A stretch of 64,000 nt of DNA from Camelus dromedarius (taxonomy: Eukaryota). Every line of letters starts with the position of its first letter. Position 1 is the first letter of the stretch. The DNA is taken from contig NC_087437.1 of NCBI RefSeq assembly GCF_036321535.1, positions 85,872,001 through 85,936,000 of the forward strand, written 5' to 3'. A model generated the notes under the pieces. The model did not search any database and had not been told where the DNA came from. It worked only from the letters and a program-made list of their open reading frames with translations. A program made the translations under genes and the position numbers. Of this stretch, positions 27,265 to 39,988 are shown piece by piece.

Positions 27265-28595
27265 AAGGAAATGTAGTCAACTTATTTTAGAAACCAATAG
27301 TAAAACTACTAGCATCCTTCTTTTCTTCCAATCAGTAAGTGTAGACTGACAGTTTCTGCACCAGGCTCTGGGAATACAATGATGAAATGAGCTAGTCCCT
27401 TCCCTCATGGTACCTTATGGTCTAGAAGAACTGGAAAACAACACTCTGCACAAAAAATGTCTCTACTTCATGACAGAACTAGAAGTTAAAATCTGATTTT
27501 AAAACAATAGAATCTGGGGTTTTTTTTCCTCTTTGGAAAATTATAGACCCTCTCTCCACCCACCCACCCCTCAAAATTAAAATTAACATCATTGTCCAAA
27601 TGAATAGAGACTATAAAATACCTGAAAGTAATCTGAATGTCACCAAGAATCATCACCACTTTGAGAGCGGCTAAACAAGAAGCATATGAAAAGCCTGGGA
27701 GGCAGAAGTAATAAAGGACACCAAAGGTCTGTTCATCGCGTGCACTTCCTGCTCCCAAAGACATTACAGCCTAAGGGAGACACCAAAAAATGTGTGGACT
27801 CTGTTAGCCTTTGTTTGCTTGTATTTTTTCCCTTGAACGTGCATGTATTAAGGAGATTAACCTAAAATTTGCTTAGCTATTTTTCCAAAAGCAAAGATAA
27901 CTTTAATAACAATACTGTAAGTGCAAATTCATTAAAAGATATTTGCCATTTGATCCCTCAGTATTGTCCACTAGAAATTATGAGGTAAAATTTGCACATG
28001 GAATTACTGCACAACAAAATATCTTTCCTTGAACTATAATTCTCTATGCCTCTCTTAGTCCTATGCTGAATGCAAATCGTACCAGGTAGTTAAGAACCCA
28101 TCACTTACATTCACTCTGTCGATCTCAAATAGGTCAATAAAGATTGCTTATTACCTCCTCTGGCCAACCACTTTCACCACATTGGGCATCTCTTCAAGCA
28201 CAGCCAGTGTGAAAGGCTATTATGTCAGGGAACGCTAAACACTTTTTTTTAATAGCGATATCTGGCATCGTCTTTCCACTTGGTTGAAGCATTGAAGCAT
28301 CAAAGGCAAACTGCACTGTTAAGAAACACAGTTCATACACTGTGCCCCCTCTCTACTCAACATACAGCTTCTCAGTGCCCTGCCACTTGTGTCCTGCCAA
28401 TCAGCACTCATGACTTCACCACAGGGATATACAGGTTCACTGACCCACCAGCTATTGAGGTAAGTTTATATTTATAATATTTGAGAAAACGTGTCAAATG
28501 TTCCAGATAAGGAAGCTTGGATTTGTGTTTTCTGTGTGATAACCATGCTCTTCTATCTTCTCTCTATGGCTTTGAGTGATGTTAACTAGACTTAC

Positions 28596-28693
28596 CTCTT
28601 GGTAACTAAACAGAATAAGCTGAAGTTTTATCATTCTGGCTCTAGCAGCCAAAAGCTCTTTCAGTTAGCGGCTACAGATCACCCTGTGAATGT
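28596..28693 (-). other. Candidate exon (98 nt) of an unannotated minus-strand transcript
   Basis: Minus strand: ttgttgtttttaattctccag|ACATTC...CAAGAG|gtaagt; both sites are strong. Confidence 0.45.
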
Positions 28694-29959
28694 CTGGAGA
28701 ATTAAAAACAACAATAAACTGTGCTAGGTAAAATATATATCCACAGAATGGTTAAATTAGAAAGGAATTTGGCTAGACTTAAAGATTAGCCAAACCTACT
28801 CCAACAATAGGCAGACATCCCCTACAAAAAATTTCCTTCATATTTAGCATCTAAAATACTATTAATATTGTGAGTCAAGTTTTCTTCACAACAAAATATT
28901 GTTCTCTTACAGAAATAAAATGTCCTTACGAAACCACTACAGCAAAGGTTCTCAATATATTCAGTAGTCATTATTGTAGTCAGTAAGGTCTGTGTGCTAT
29001 GTATAAGCCTTCCTTGTTTTATTTACAAACTCAAAAAGGAGGTGAAAGAAATTGAACTAAATAACTGAACGTAAAAAATTGGAATGTCAAGTTTAAAGGA
29101 AAAAAGTAACACTTTTCCTCTTGAAAATCAACATCCTTAATCATGTTCTAGTTCTATATCTATCATGTGAAGTCTAATTGTATTTTTTCACTACTGCATC
29201 AGAGCAATCTTGATTATTTTTAACACATTTATTTTAATTAAAAGTGGTATTATCTTGTCCAGCTGCTGAGGAAAGTGTCAAAAAGTCATATCCAGGTTTT
29301 TGTTGCTCTTGCTTTTTTTCTGTTTAATTTTTTTTTCCTTAAATGAAGCATATTCTAATAAATGGGGCAACAGAGCAAACACAGAGGCCAAAAATGTATT
29401 TCCTTGAAATGGAAATCCAAAGCACCAGACAACAGTTTAACCATAGAGTCTTCTGAATCGTGGGATAACAGTGAATTCTAGCAACAGAGCAGTAAGAGAA
29501 GGGCACTGGTGAAGAAAATAGTGGGGTTTTTGTGTATTATTAAATGAACCTGCACTGATTCAGTACAAAGCTTCCTATTAAGGAAGACCAAAGCTGACCA
29601 CTCACAGTTTCACTCTGTTCTATGGCCATTGAATGAGACCCTGGCTCATGTCCCATGATTCGAATCTATGGGTCAGATTAGAGGACTGAGCAAGAGAGTT
29701 ATAGCCACACTCATCATGTTTTGTAAAATTTATTCTAATTTTGTGGGGTTCTTTTAGTGGGTTAAACATGTTTCACATTGGAGGAAATATTTTAGAAATC
29801 CATATATTTTAAGAAATGTTAAACATTTTTTCCTAAAAGTACAGCTATGCCAACTATACTTGGAAAAAGATGATTTTTCTCTCCTATTCTGAATTAATGC
29901 TGTACATCTATAGAGCAGCAAGTGCAAAATTAGTTCTTTTATTACCAATAATAAAGTTA

Positions 29960-30070
29960 TAATAGTCACCATTTATTGAACACTTATCATAAGCCAAGCC
30001 TGTGCTTAGTACATGTATTACCTCATTTAATTCTCAGGATCTCTAGATGAAACATTATTATTATTTCTGT
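29960..30070 (-). mobile_element. MIR fragment
   Basis: CCATTTATTGAACACTTA..GCCAAGCCTGTGCT..CCTCATTTAATTCTCA. Confidence 0.75.
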
Positions 30071-30089
30071 AACCACAACTACATGATGA

Positions 30090-30540
30090 GTTCTAATTTG
30101 TAGTCAATAAACTATATATTTAAAGCATACAGTTTAATACATTTTGAGACATGTGTATACCTGTGAAACTATCACTAGAGTCAAGAAAATGTACATATCC
30201 ATCATCCCCCCAAATTTCCTGGTGTTACTATAATCCACCCTCCCTTCCCATCTCAGCTCTATCCCTTTTCCTCCCATCAAGCAATCACTGATGTGCTTTC
30301 TGTCGCTACAGGTTTTGATGTGAAGGAACTATAGTTCTCATACACAGCTGGTGGGAATGTAAAATGGTACACATATTTTAGAAAAGAGTTTTTTGGCAGT
30401 TTCTCTAAAAATTAAACATATAGTTATGTGACCTAAACAAACAGATGTGACCTAGGCAGTTCACTCCTAGACATTTATCCAAGATAAATAAAAGCATATA
30501 TCTAAAGACTTGTGCATGAATGTTCATAGAACTTTTATAT
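30090..30540 (-). mobile_element. L1MB-like element: antisense 3'UTR (30090-30312) joined to a sense upstream piece (30315-30540)
   Basis: TGTGTATACCTGTGAAACTATCAC (antisense 3'UTR) abuts GCTGGTGGGAATGTAAAATGGTAC..TGAATGTTCATAG (sense). Confidence 0.8.
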
Positions 30541-30544
30541 GATA

Positions 30545-31490
30545 TGACATGGTTTACATTTCAAAAAGATCCTTCTGAATGTTGAGTTTAGACTACTATA
30601 GGAAAAGTGAAGAGCAGAAGGAATAAGACCAATTAGGAAGCTCTTACCATAATGTGGACTGGGATAACAGTGTGATGTGATAGCAACGTGGTGAGATGTA
30701 AGCAGATCCTACACAAATTTTTAAGATTGACATTACTGTATTTCCTGATATAGTGGATGCTTGGTGTAGGAAATGAAGAGGAGCCAAGGATGTCTCCTAG
30801 ACATTTGGCCTAAGTGATTGGAAAAATGGAGTTGCTGTTAACTGACTAGGTAAAGAATTAAGAGGAATAGGCTGGGGCAGGGTGAGATCAAAGGCTGGCT
30901 TGGGATATGTTAATATTGAAGCACATGTTAGATGTACAGAGGAAGATGTTGAGATGGCTATTGGGTGTATAAGTCCAGATCTGAACCAAGAGGTCAGAGG
31001 TAGAGATAAAAATTTGGGAAGTTATTTGTAAACAGGTGGTATCTAGATATGGAATTGAATGTAGAAATAGGAAAGATATAGTCCAAATTCTCATCTCTAG
31101 GACCATGCATGAATAATATGTCTATGAGATAAGGAAGAACAAGACATGTAGATTAAGAAGGAACAGCTGGGCATAAGGAGGAAAGCCAGGAGACTGTAAT
31201 ATGCTGGAGACCACTTTTTAAAAAGTATTTAAGGGAAGATAGGGTAAAATGTCCTCTCAAATGCTTCTGGTTGGGTAACTAATATGAGGAGAGAGGACTG
31301 GACATTTGATTTAGCAACACGACCAATGGTGGCTTTGATGAGAACAGTATCATTGGAGTGATGGGCATTCACTACTGGTTAGGGTAGAATGAGGAGAGAG
31401 GAGTAGGAGACAGGGAGTATAAGTGAGCCTTTTTAGTTTCTCTGTGAAGGAGTGAAATGAAGTGGCAGTTGAAGAAACATGCAGGATCAG
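30545..31490 (-). mobile_element. L2 ORF2 (RT) fragment; continues at ~32175-32640 beyond an L1 insertion
   Basis: Minus ORF 30888-31106 'SQIFISTSDL..NMCFNINISQASL' resembles L2 RT 'DDSQIYISSPDL..HLKLNMSKTEL'. Confidence 0.85.
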
Positions 31491-31629
31491 TAAAAGTACT
31501 TTTGTTTGTTTTCATATTTGTTTTTATGTTTTGTTTTGCATTTTGTTAGTCAGTTTACAGTATAGCTTAATATACTTGGTGGTCTTTGATATGCTGAAAT
31601 TTGATATATAACATATTTAACTGTACGTA

Positions 31630-32172
31630 TATTTTTAACTTTTTATTTTGAAGTGATTATAGATTCAGAGAAATTTGCAGATAGTGCACAGAAGTCCTTA
31701 TACTCTTCACCCAGTTTTGCCCAATGTTTATGTCTTATATGACTAGCATACAATGGCAAGACCAGGAAACTGACGTTGGTATAATGTGTGCGTAGAGTTC
31801 TAAGTCATTTTATCACTTGTGTAGATTCACGTAACTACCACCACAATCAATATACAGAACTATCCCATCACCACAAAGATCTCCCTTGTGCTAAGCTACA
31901 TCTTTACGGTCATGACCTCCTTCATCTCTGCTACGATTCCTCACCATTGGCAACCAGTAATTTGTTTGCCATCTCTATAATTTTGCTTTACTGAAATGTT
32001 ATGTAAATGGAATCATACAGTATGTGACCTTTTGATATTGGCGTTTTCTCACTCAGCACAATACTCTTGAGATCCATCCAAGTTGTTGAGTGCATCAATA
32101 ATTTGTTCCATTTTATTGTACATAGTATTGATGTACCACTGTTTGTTTAACCATTTACCACTTGTACGACAT
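31630..32172 (-). mobile_element. L1MC-like 3' end inserted in L2
   Basis: TTTTATTTTGAAGTGATTATAGATTCAGAG..ACCAGGAAACTGACGTTGG..AAATGGAATCATACAGTATGT. Confidence 0.85.
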
Positions 32173-33779
32173 TTTAGGGATGTTTGTATGTTGAGGAAAT
32201 AATCTAGCAAAAGAGGGGGAATTCGGTGGTGCAGGAGAGAGTGAAATTGGTGGAGCTATGTCCTTGGGTGAGCACGTAGAGCATAGGGCGCTCAAGCGGA
32301 AAACACAGACACTTACCTAATGCAAAGCTTTTGCAGTCAGCGTTAGTGGGTAAAAATGCAAGCAAATGGGTGTGGTTGCAGGGCTAGTGGAAGCTCTTTC
32401 CTGATGGCTTCTCCTTTCCAAATAAATAAGCAAGCAAGTTCATCAGTTGAGGGAAGGAGTGATGGAAAGTTGTTGCAGGTTGGAGGAGAAAAGAAAATGT
32501 ATTCAACAAGCATCCAGGAGAGTAACAAGTGAAGAGATCAGAGACCTGCCCAGTGTTATGCTGCAGCACGGAAGGTCCACAAAGATAATAGCTGTGAATT
32601 CAAAGCCGAAGCAATCAGCATGGCTGTGTTTTGCTCCAGCCTCATTCAGCTGCACAGATGCTGGTGCAGATGATGCAAGAGGAATAATGACTTGAGGTAG
32701 GCAGAGAAGAAATAAGAAAAATAAAATTTAAAAAAATCTAGAGTTTGGAAAACAGTATTTGTTTTCAAAAATGTGAGGCACACTGTAGCCAGTAGAAGTT
32801 TTGCAGATGCAAGCAGCTTAAGAGATAGTGACAGGATGCCTTGAATTATAACGAGAAAGCCAATCCTGTTATGTTCACTGCTAACCAATACCCTGAAAAG
32901 CCTATCGATGTGCCACAGGTGTAAGCGCAGGAGTGATTCCTTTGTCTCTTAAGGGGCTGACACTTAGCACTTAGTATTGGCCTTTCTTCAAGGAGGGTTT
33001 GGGCTATCTTTAGTCAGTTCCCTCTGTCACTGGTACTTCAATTTCTCCAGCCATTTGAATATCTGTAGGTCTTTGACGCTCTTTCACAAAACACTCATAC
33101 CTACCCTGCTCAGCTGTTCTGATAAACCATTGCTATTTTTTGCATCTATCAGATCTGAATATCACGTCAGGGAAAGAGAGGTGTGGTAAAGGGCTTCTGC
33201 GGGAATTTTTATTTTCCTGACTGACTCACTTGGCTGGGGTGTGAAGACACAGAAGCTCTGCAACTCCTCCCACACAATGAATTTGATGCAGAACATCCCA
33301 GTGCAATTCCTGAACAGATCATGCCTCTTGCGGGCCAGAGACAACAGCACGTGAAATAGCCCAGGGTTGTGTGGTGTCTACAGCGATCAACATGCCTGTG
33401 CTCTTACAAAGCAGGCTGCACTTGGCTGAGTACAAATATGACATCTCTAGAAGCTCTGGGAAAAGGACACAGAAACAATGCCTCAGTCCAGAAACACCTC
33501 CTCATCATGTTGGTACAGCCCTTCCAGCCTGATGCACCTTCCAGTACCCACTATTGAAAACTCAGTGGTCAGTCAGCACCATTTCATCGGCACCTCTGCT
33601 TTTTAACAGACTGGAAGCTAGATCACTTTCTAATTAGTGTAATTTGTTTCAGATATATTTCTGGCATTCAGTTTAGTAACAGCTAACCAGGAACAAAAGC
33701 GTCAAGTCTCATTCCCTCCCTCCCTGTCATCATCCATCCAGCCCCCCACCCCCATCTTTCTCTCTCAATTTCTAAACCA

Positions 33780-34460
33780 ATATCCCCGCCTCTAACAGAA
33801 AACAAACAAGGCGTCACAGTACTTATCTGGGTCACAGTACATCGTTACTCAGGCAAAAAGAATAACAAATAGTTTAAGTTCTGTCACCAGCAGAGGTCAA
33901 AGGGACAGCAGAATCAAATCTGCGGGCCTTTCATTAGGGGCCTTCCCTGGGCTCTGCCTAATTACCTTAATTTTCCAAGTCCCTCTAAGTCAGCGCACAG
34001 TTCAAAACACAGTTTAAAATGCTCTTCCCCAGCGATCAGCATGTTTACTGTCGTCTTTAAACAACAAAGACTGCGTCTATAACCTTTCATTGACCTGCTC
34101 CATTTTAAGAGACTTAAAGCAAAACTGACTGAGTGAAGCGACCTCACAGGGCTGCGAGGCCGAGAGCAGATCGCCTCGTCCAGCAGTAGCAGCCTGTAAG
34201 GGAGACGCGTTCCTACAGGGAGCACTTCACAGAGCAGTTTTCTTGGTGTCTGCTCTAGTGCCCAGCTTACAGAAATGCCCAGGGCTCCCTGGAAATAAGA
34301 GGGACCAGGAAGCAGGTGGGTGGGTAGTTGTAAGGTGCAGGCTGGTGCAGGCCCCTCCCCTGCCGACGCTCTGCAGGCCGCAGGTCCACAGGGCCCCAGG
34401 GCCCTTCAAGGAAGAGAGCTGGGCGATTTCCCAGGTCCGTCTTCAGCACTGTTCCCACTG
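33780..34460. promoter_or_regulatory. CpG-enriched promoter/enhancer-like patch
   Basis: About 20 CpGs in ~700 bp of non-repetitive GC-richer DNA within a CpG-poor window; GC box CCCCGCC, GATA site and a DR1-like AGGTCAAAGGGA. Confidence 0.5.
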
Positions 34461-34539
34461 CTCCTTGGCACCTTCATGCTGCTGTTCAGTGACCCCCACT
34501 GCCCCTCCTAGGCCGTATCCTCTCTCCACATACTTTTCT

Positions 34540-34720
34540 CCTTCTCATCCACAGTCGCCAGGGCTTGCATTTTGCCAGTTCCTTCAACTTGCCAAACTCT
34601 CACATCAGGGTTTTGTGTACATCGTTCCCTTTGCCCTAAGGACTCTTCACCTGCCTGGCTCCTCCTCGTTAGTTGGTTCTCATCGTAAACATAACCTTTC
34701 TCAAGAGAGGCCTTCCCTTT
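34540..34720 (+). mobile_element. L2 fragment (further piece at ~35325-35510)
   Basis: CAGTTCCTTCAACTTGCCAAACTC..GTTCCCTTTGCC..CTCAAGAGAGGCCTTCCC. Confidence 0.6.
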
Positions 34721-35639
34721 TGCAATTATTGAACCTTCCTATAGTGAGTATATGTTTTATAACTTTGAAAAAATGCACCCTAAGACAAGGAAGTATAATA
34801 CTTTAAAAAAAAAAAATAGCCAAGGCCCCCATCCCACCTGTGCCTTAAATGCTACCCCATTTCCTTTTCTTCGGCTGGTCCCAGAAGTCACTCCCCCACA
34901 TCCTCACTCGCCTGCCAAGGCCCTTACCTCTCCAGCGCTTCTGGTTTCTCCTCAGAAACCTAGAAAAACATTCTCAAATTGTTCCCACCCTATTAAATAA
35001 AAGCCTCCCTCTACTTATGGTACACTTATGCTTTGGAATACTCCACTGTCCAGCATAATCAGTCTATTTATGCCAGACAGAACAGAACAACAGTCTATTT
35101 GGTAAACAGATAGCAAAACTCAGTGCAAAGCATGAGCCCAGTCTTGTTAAAAAAGTAAAATGTGTGTGGGTGTGTATATGTGTATGTGTGTATGTACAGA
35201 ACAGAGAAGGAAAGGATGTATGCCAGAATACTAACAGTGGTTACCATTATGCCATTATCCATAATTATGTTTTATATTAAATTTATAACTTAGCATGAAT
35301 GTGATTTTTAAAGTGAAAAAAAGAGAGGCCTTTCCCAATGATAGGCTCCAAATTAAGTCTCCAGCCCATCACTATCCCTCATCACTCCCTGGTCTGGTCC
35401 TTCTTTGTCATAATTTGACATTTTCTACTTATTTGTTCACACAAATTCAAAAAAGAAGTCTATTTTGTTCACCATTGTATCAACACAATACTATGCCTGG
35501 CCCAGTGTAAAAGTTGCCCTTTATAAATAATACTTTATTTTAATAAAGTTCTTTTCATTGAGTGCCAATTACATAAAAAAAAAACACTGATTAAGTGGTT
35601 GGTCCTCTGTCCCCCAAGTAACCTGAACCACCCAGGCCT

Positions 35640-35995
35640 TCCCAGCACTGTACCATGACTTTGAAATATACTTCCTCATTTAATTATCAACACAGCAATG
35701 TCATATTATACCACTTTCACAGAGAAGAAAACTGGATGGACAATAGTTATGTGATTTGCCCAAAATGTTTAGAAATGCCAAAGCCCAAATATAAAGTTAT
35801 GTAAGCATTTCAAGCATGACAGCAGGCCAACAGGATCTCATCATAGATTACTGTCTAATTTTGACTCATTTTCTCATCTGTCAAATGAATATAACAGTCT
35901 CATCTCCCAACATTGGTTTGAAAAGTAAATTATGTATTTAAGTTAATGAACACAATGTCTGACGCATAGTAAGTGTTCAATAAATACTGATTTTA
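35640..35995. mobile_element. Two MIR fragments in opposite orientations
   Basis: CTCATTTAAT..CACAGAGAAGAAAACTG..ATTTGCCCAA (minus) and TTTCTCATCTGTCAAATG..CATAGTAAGTGTTCAATAAATA (plus). Confidence 0.7.
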
Positions 35996-37279
35996 TCATG
36001 GTAATTATTATTAATGTTGTTATTGTCACTAGCTTTGAGTTGACACTGTAAGACCAGAAATTTTAGCTCACATCTCTGAGAGTTTCCACACTAGATCCTG
36101 TACGTTGTTGGAAAGTGAGGGGATTCCTTGAAACTCCCCCGTAGCAGCACTCTCCCCTCCATGTGAGACATCCTCTATAATACTGCATTTGCCCCTCTAT
36201 TTATTTATCAAGATTGAAAAAAAAAATCCTTATTCTGAAAAAAAATGTCATTTGATGATGTGTAATAGGTCTTTCTTATTTACATAAATTTGGTGGAATT
36301 TATAAGTATATGTTCATCAAAAAAATAAAACCCTTAAAATTTTACTTTTATTTTTGTGAGGTTGTTTTAAATATGTGCTAGGTGCTTTCTTAGATTTTGC
36401 AAAAAGGTTCCGGTTTTATTTTATGCTACCTGACAATTTGCTCCCTTGGGGATATCATTTGTTATCACCCTAATCATCACTTTGAAGCATTCTCGACAAT
36501 TATGCTCAGAACAATTTGTTCAACCACACCTTGTTTAGGCTACATTCAGATTTAGCTCTGCTCACTGTAAAACTAAATCAGTGCATTTGTACCTAAAACA
36601 AGTTTGCAATTACCTCCACGGGGATTTTCAGAATGACTTCATGTGGTGAGTGGAAACATTAATCTGGGTGCTTAACTAGTGCTTAGGTATTAATTGGCAC
36701 TCAGCACATATTAAAGACCATTGCGTGGCACAGTTTAATAAAAAAAAAAAAGTTCTGCTAAGTAACTAGCTTCTGTGGCTTATGTTTCAATACAGAATGA
36801 TGCAGATGATTGAAACTATCATTTGTACTATAGTCACTGCATTAAAAATCAGGTTAGAAGGAGTCATGAAATTTAGAGTTTTGCTCTCAGCCTTAAGAAT
36901 TCTCCTCATTATGTAAGAAAACTATAAACAACAGTTTCACGATTGGAATGATATTGCAAAAAATGTAATTCTATTACTTTTAAAGAACTTTTAATGTAGA
37001 TGGAATGATTCGAATCAATGCTTGAACACTTTTAACCAGAGGTATAGATTTTATGCAAGATAAGCATTCATAATTTTATAAAATATTCTTTCTTACAGAA
37101 GACTGTACTTTCCCTAGATATTTCAAGTGAATAAAACTAATAAAAACAATTGAGTTCTTTTCATAGTGTAAAACATAACATGATTGCCTAAGTAAAAATA
37201 GAGAATATTGAAAAATGTCAATGCATGAATCAAATTTTCCCAAGATGACTACTGGAGCTAATACAATTCTAGTTTTCTG

Positions 37280-38295
37280 ATTCATTTACTCAATCACTCA
37301 TTCATTCGTTCCTCATTCAGTTAGTCACTGAATATTTATTGATGATCATATTATGTGCCATGCGTGATTATTGTCATGGGAAACAAACATAAAATAAACA
37401 AATTTAAATGCCCTCGAAGAGTATCCATTCTAGTTGGTTATGAAAGATGGTCAATAAAGAAAATAAATAAGCAAAATCTATAGAAACTTGGATGGTAACT
37501 CCAATGGAATAAATAAAGCAAGAAGTGGGAATAAAAAATGCTGAGTGTAGATTTGGAATTTTAAAGAAGAAGGTCAAGTCAGGTCGTACTAAGAAGGTGA
37601 CATTTAAACAAAGACTTGAAGAAGAGATGTTGGCTCACAACCTTCTCAGAGCTTCCTGAGTGTAACCTGAAATTGGCTCCCATATGCAGAAAGCAGAGAG
37701 AGATAGAAAAAAGAGGCAGAATCCCTCCAGACTGATAGGTGGCACTTCCAATAAGGAAAGGAGCCAACTAGAAAGGAATGCTAGAATCTTAAAAGTTTAC
37801 ATAGAGTTCTTAACTGGGCTCAGTCATGTATACCATCCACATACACATCCAGATAGCCTTAATATCTTATCTCCCTCTTGAGGCTGCTTTTTTGGACAAG
37901 TTATAGAGTGAGGAGGGCCAGAAGAGCATATGTTCTAAGGATGGAGAGGAAGTAAGGGGCCTCCGATTGCCTAGGTCCAGCTGATGGGTCAACCAGCATC
38001 ACATCCTCTCTCAATTACCTCCTCCAACAAGAGAAGGGAGCAAGATTTTTGCAGAAATCTTGAGAGAAAGGGAGTTCTAAAAGAAAGAATATTGAGAATA
38101 AATGCTCAGAGGTAGGTGACAGAGTGGCTGGCATGCAGGAAGAAAATTAAGAATGACAACGTGACTGGCATGTCATTAGACAGGAACTGAGAAATGAGAG
38201 CTGGAGACAGAGCGGTTATTGACGTCAGAGTTAGTAAGGTCCTGAAACCACTGTAAGGACTTTTCATTAGAGCTGAGTGAAATAGGATGTGACTC
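37280..38295 (-). mobile_element. L2 3' end interrupted by a solo LTR
   Basis: (CATT)n-like tail, ATATTTATTGA..ATGTGCCA, and AAGGTGACATTTAAACAAAGACTTGAA; resumes after 38030 (GTAAGGACTTTTCATTAGAGCTGAGTGAAATAGG). Confidence 0.8.
37628..38029 (-). mobile_element. Solo LTR (402 bp) with intact termini and 5-bp TSD
   Basis: TGTTGG...CCAACA inverted termini flanked by AGAGA (37623-37627) and AGAGA (38030-38034). Orientation is inferred from a degenerate polyA-signal region and is tentative. Confidence 0.8.
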
Positions 38296-39988
38296 AACTC
38301 TTCATTATGTCTGGAGAGACATTTTAATCATCTGCTGTTTCCTACACATTCTATAATAGTGTTCACTTGGTAGTACACTAAAAGGTTTATGGTTGAATTT
38401 CAATATTTTAAAAAAAAATTCTTGATTGTTACAAAGATCAATAATAAAGCTGAACTAAACCAGATTTTTAAGTTAAATGCATTCCAGAAATGGAGAGAAT
38501 TTTGTCAAAATAATTTGTCTTCATTTAAATTTGTTAAACTGTAGCAGAAATTTCTAATGGTCTTCTAATGTCTTTCTTTCCCTCAATTCATAATAAAACT
38601 CATACAGGCTGTGTGACTTACTACCAGACAATAGGATACAAGCAAAAGATACAGATCCAACTCCAGGCCTTAAGAAAGAATGTATGTTACTATCTTTACT
38701 CTTTCCCTTTTGTTGCTGCCTGGAAGTCAATGAAAACTGAAATAGAGATGGCAGCAATATTTTAAGTTGAGCAGTTACCCAACCAGCTGTGACTGCTTAT
38801 CTCTGGTTGGTAATTATGGGAAAAAGACAAAGGCCTGTTTTTTTGTGGCCCATATTTTGCACCAGCTTAACCTGCACTCTATCAAAGACACTAGCAAAAG
38901 AAGAAGTTAAATCAGACAGAATTTCTAAAATTTTAAATTACTTCATTATAATCTTTAACCATCTGATACTCACTTTAAACTTCTTTACTTCTTTCCACAA
39001 GGAGAAATGCAAATATAATTCACTGTATTTTTTTTTTAACAAATAAGAAACAAGAAGTCAGATTTCCAGTCAAGATGGAGTGGTAGGACCACGAACTTGC
39101 CTCTCCTCGCGACTACAACAAAACCACAACTGAATGCTAAACAACCGTCGAAAAAAAGACTGGAACCTAGCAAAAAAGATCTTCTGCAACTGTTAACATA
39201 AGAGGGAACCACAGCAGGACAGTAGGAGGGGCATGCTTGTGATATAATTGGGCTCATAACCCGGAGGTAGGCGACCCACAAGCTGAAGAATAGTTAAGTC
39301 ACAGAGGCCCTCCCACAGGCGTGAGAGCTCTAAAACCCACATCAGTCTCCCCAGCCTGGGGTTTGAGCATTGGGAGGAGGAGGAGACCCCAGGACATCTG
39401 GTTTTGAAGGCCAGTGGGGCATGGTGCTGGGAGCCCCACAGGACTGGGGGAAATGGAGATTCCATTTGCTTGGGAAGTGTACACGGAATCTCATGTGTGC
39501 CAGGTCTAAGGGTAAAGGCAATGATTTCATAGGAACCTGGGCCAGGCCTGCCTGCTGGGTTTGGAGGGTCTTCTGGGGACATGGCAGGATGGTTGCAGCT
39601 CACCCAGGGGACCTAAAAGCTGGTGGCGGACATTCTGGGAGATTCATCTACATGAGCCTTCCTGGAGGCTGACATCTTGATTGGATCATTAGCACCAAGA
39701 CCTAGCCCCACCCAACTGCCTGTAGGGAAGCCTCAGGCCAAACAACATACAGGTGGGAACACAGCCCCATCCATCAGCAGACTTCCTAAACCACAAAGGC
39801 CTCTAGACACAGCCCTACCCAGTAGAGGGACCAAGCTTCACCCAGCAATGGGCAGGCACTGGCTCCTCCTGCCAGGAAACCTACATAAGCCTCTAGTCCA
39901 GCCTCATCCACCAGGGGCAGATATCAGAAATAAGAAAACAACAATCCCAAAGCCTATGGAAGGAATCCACAAACACATAGAAAGATAG

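Noticed and set aside
34243..34806. 187-aa ORF as a host gene
   Set aside because: Non-ATG start, runs into an L2 fragment, has no recognisable domain, and is explained by locally higher GC content.
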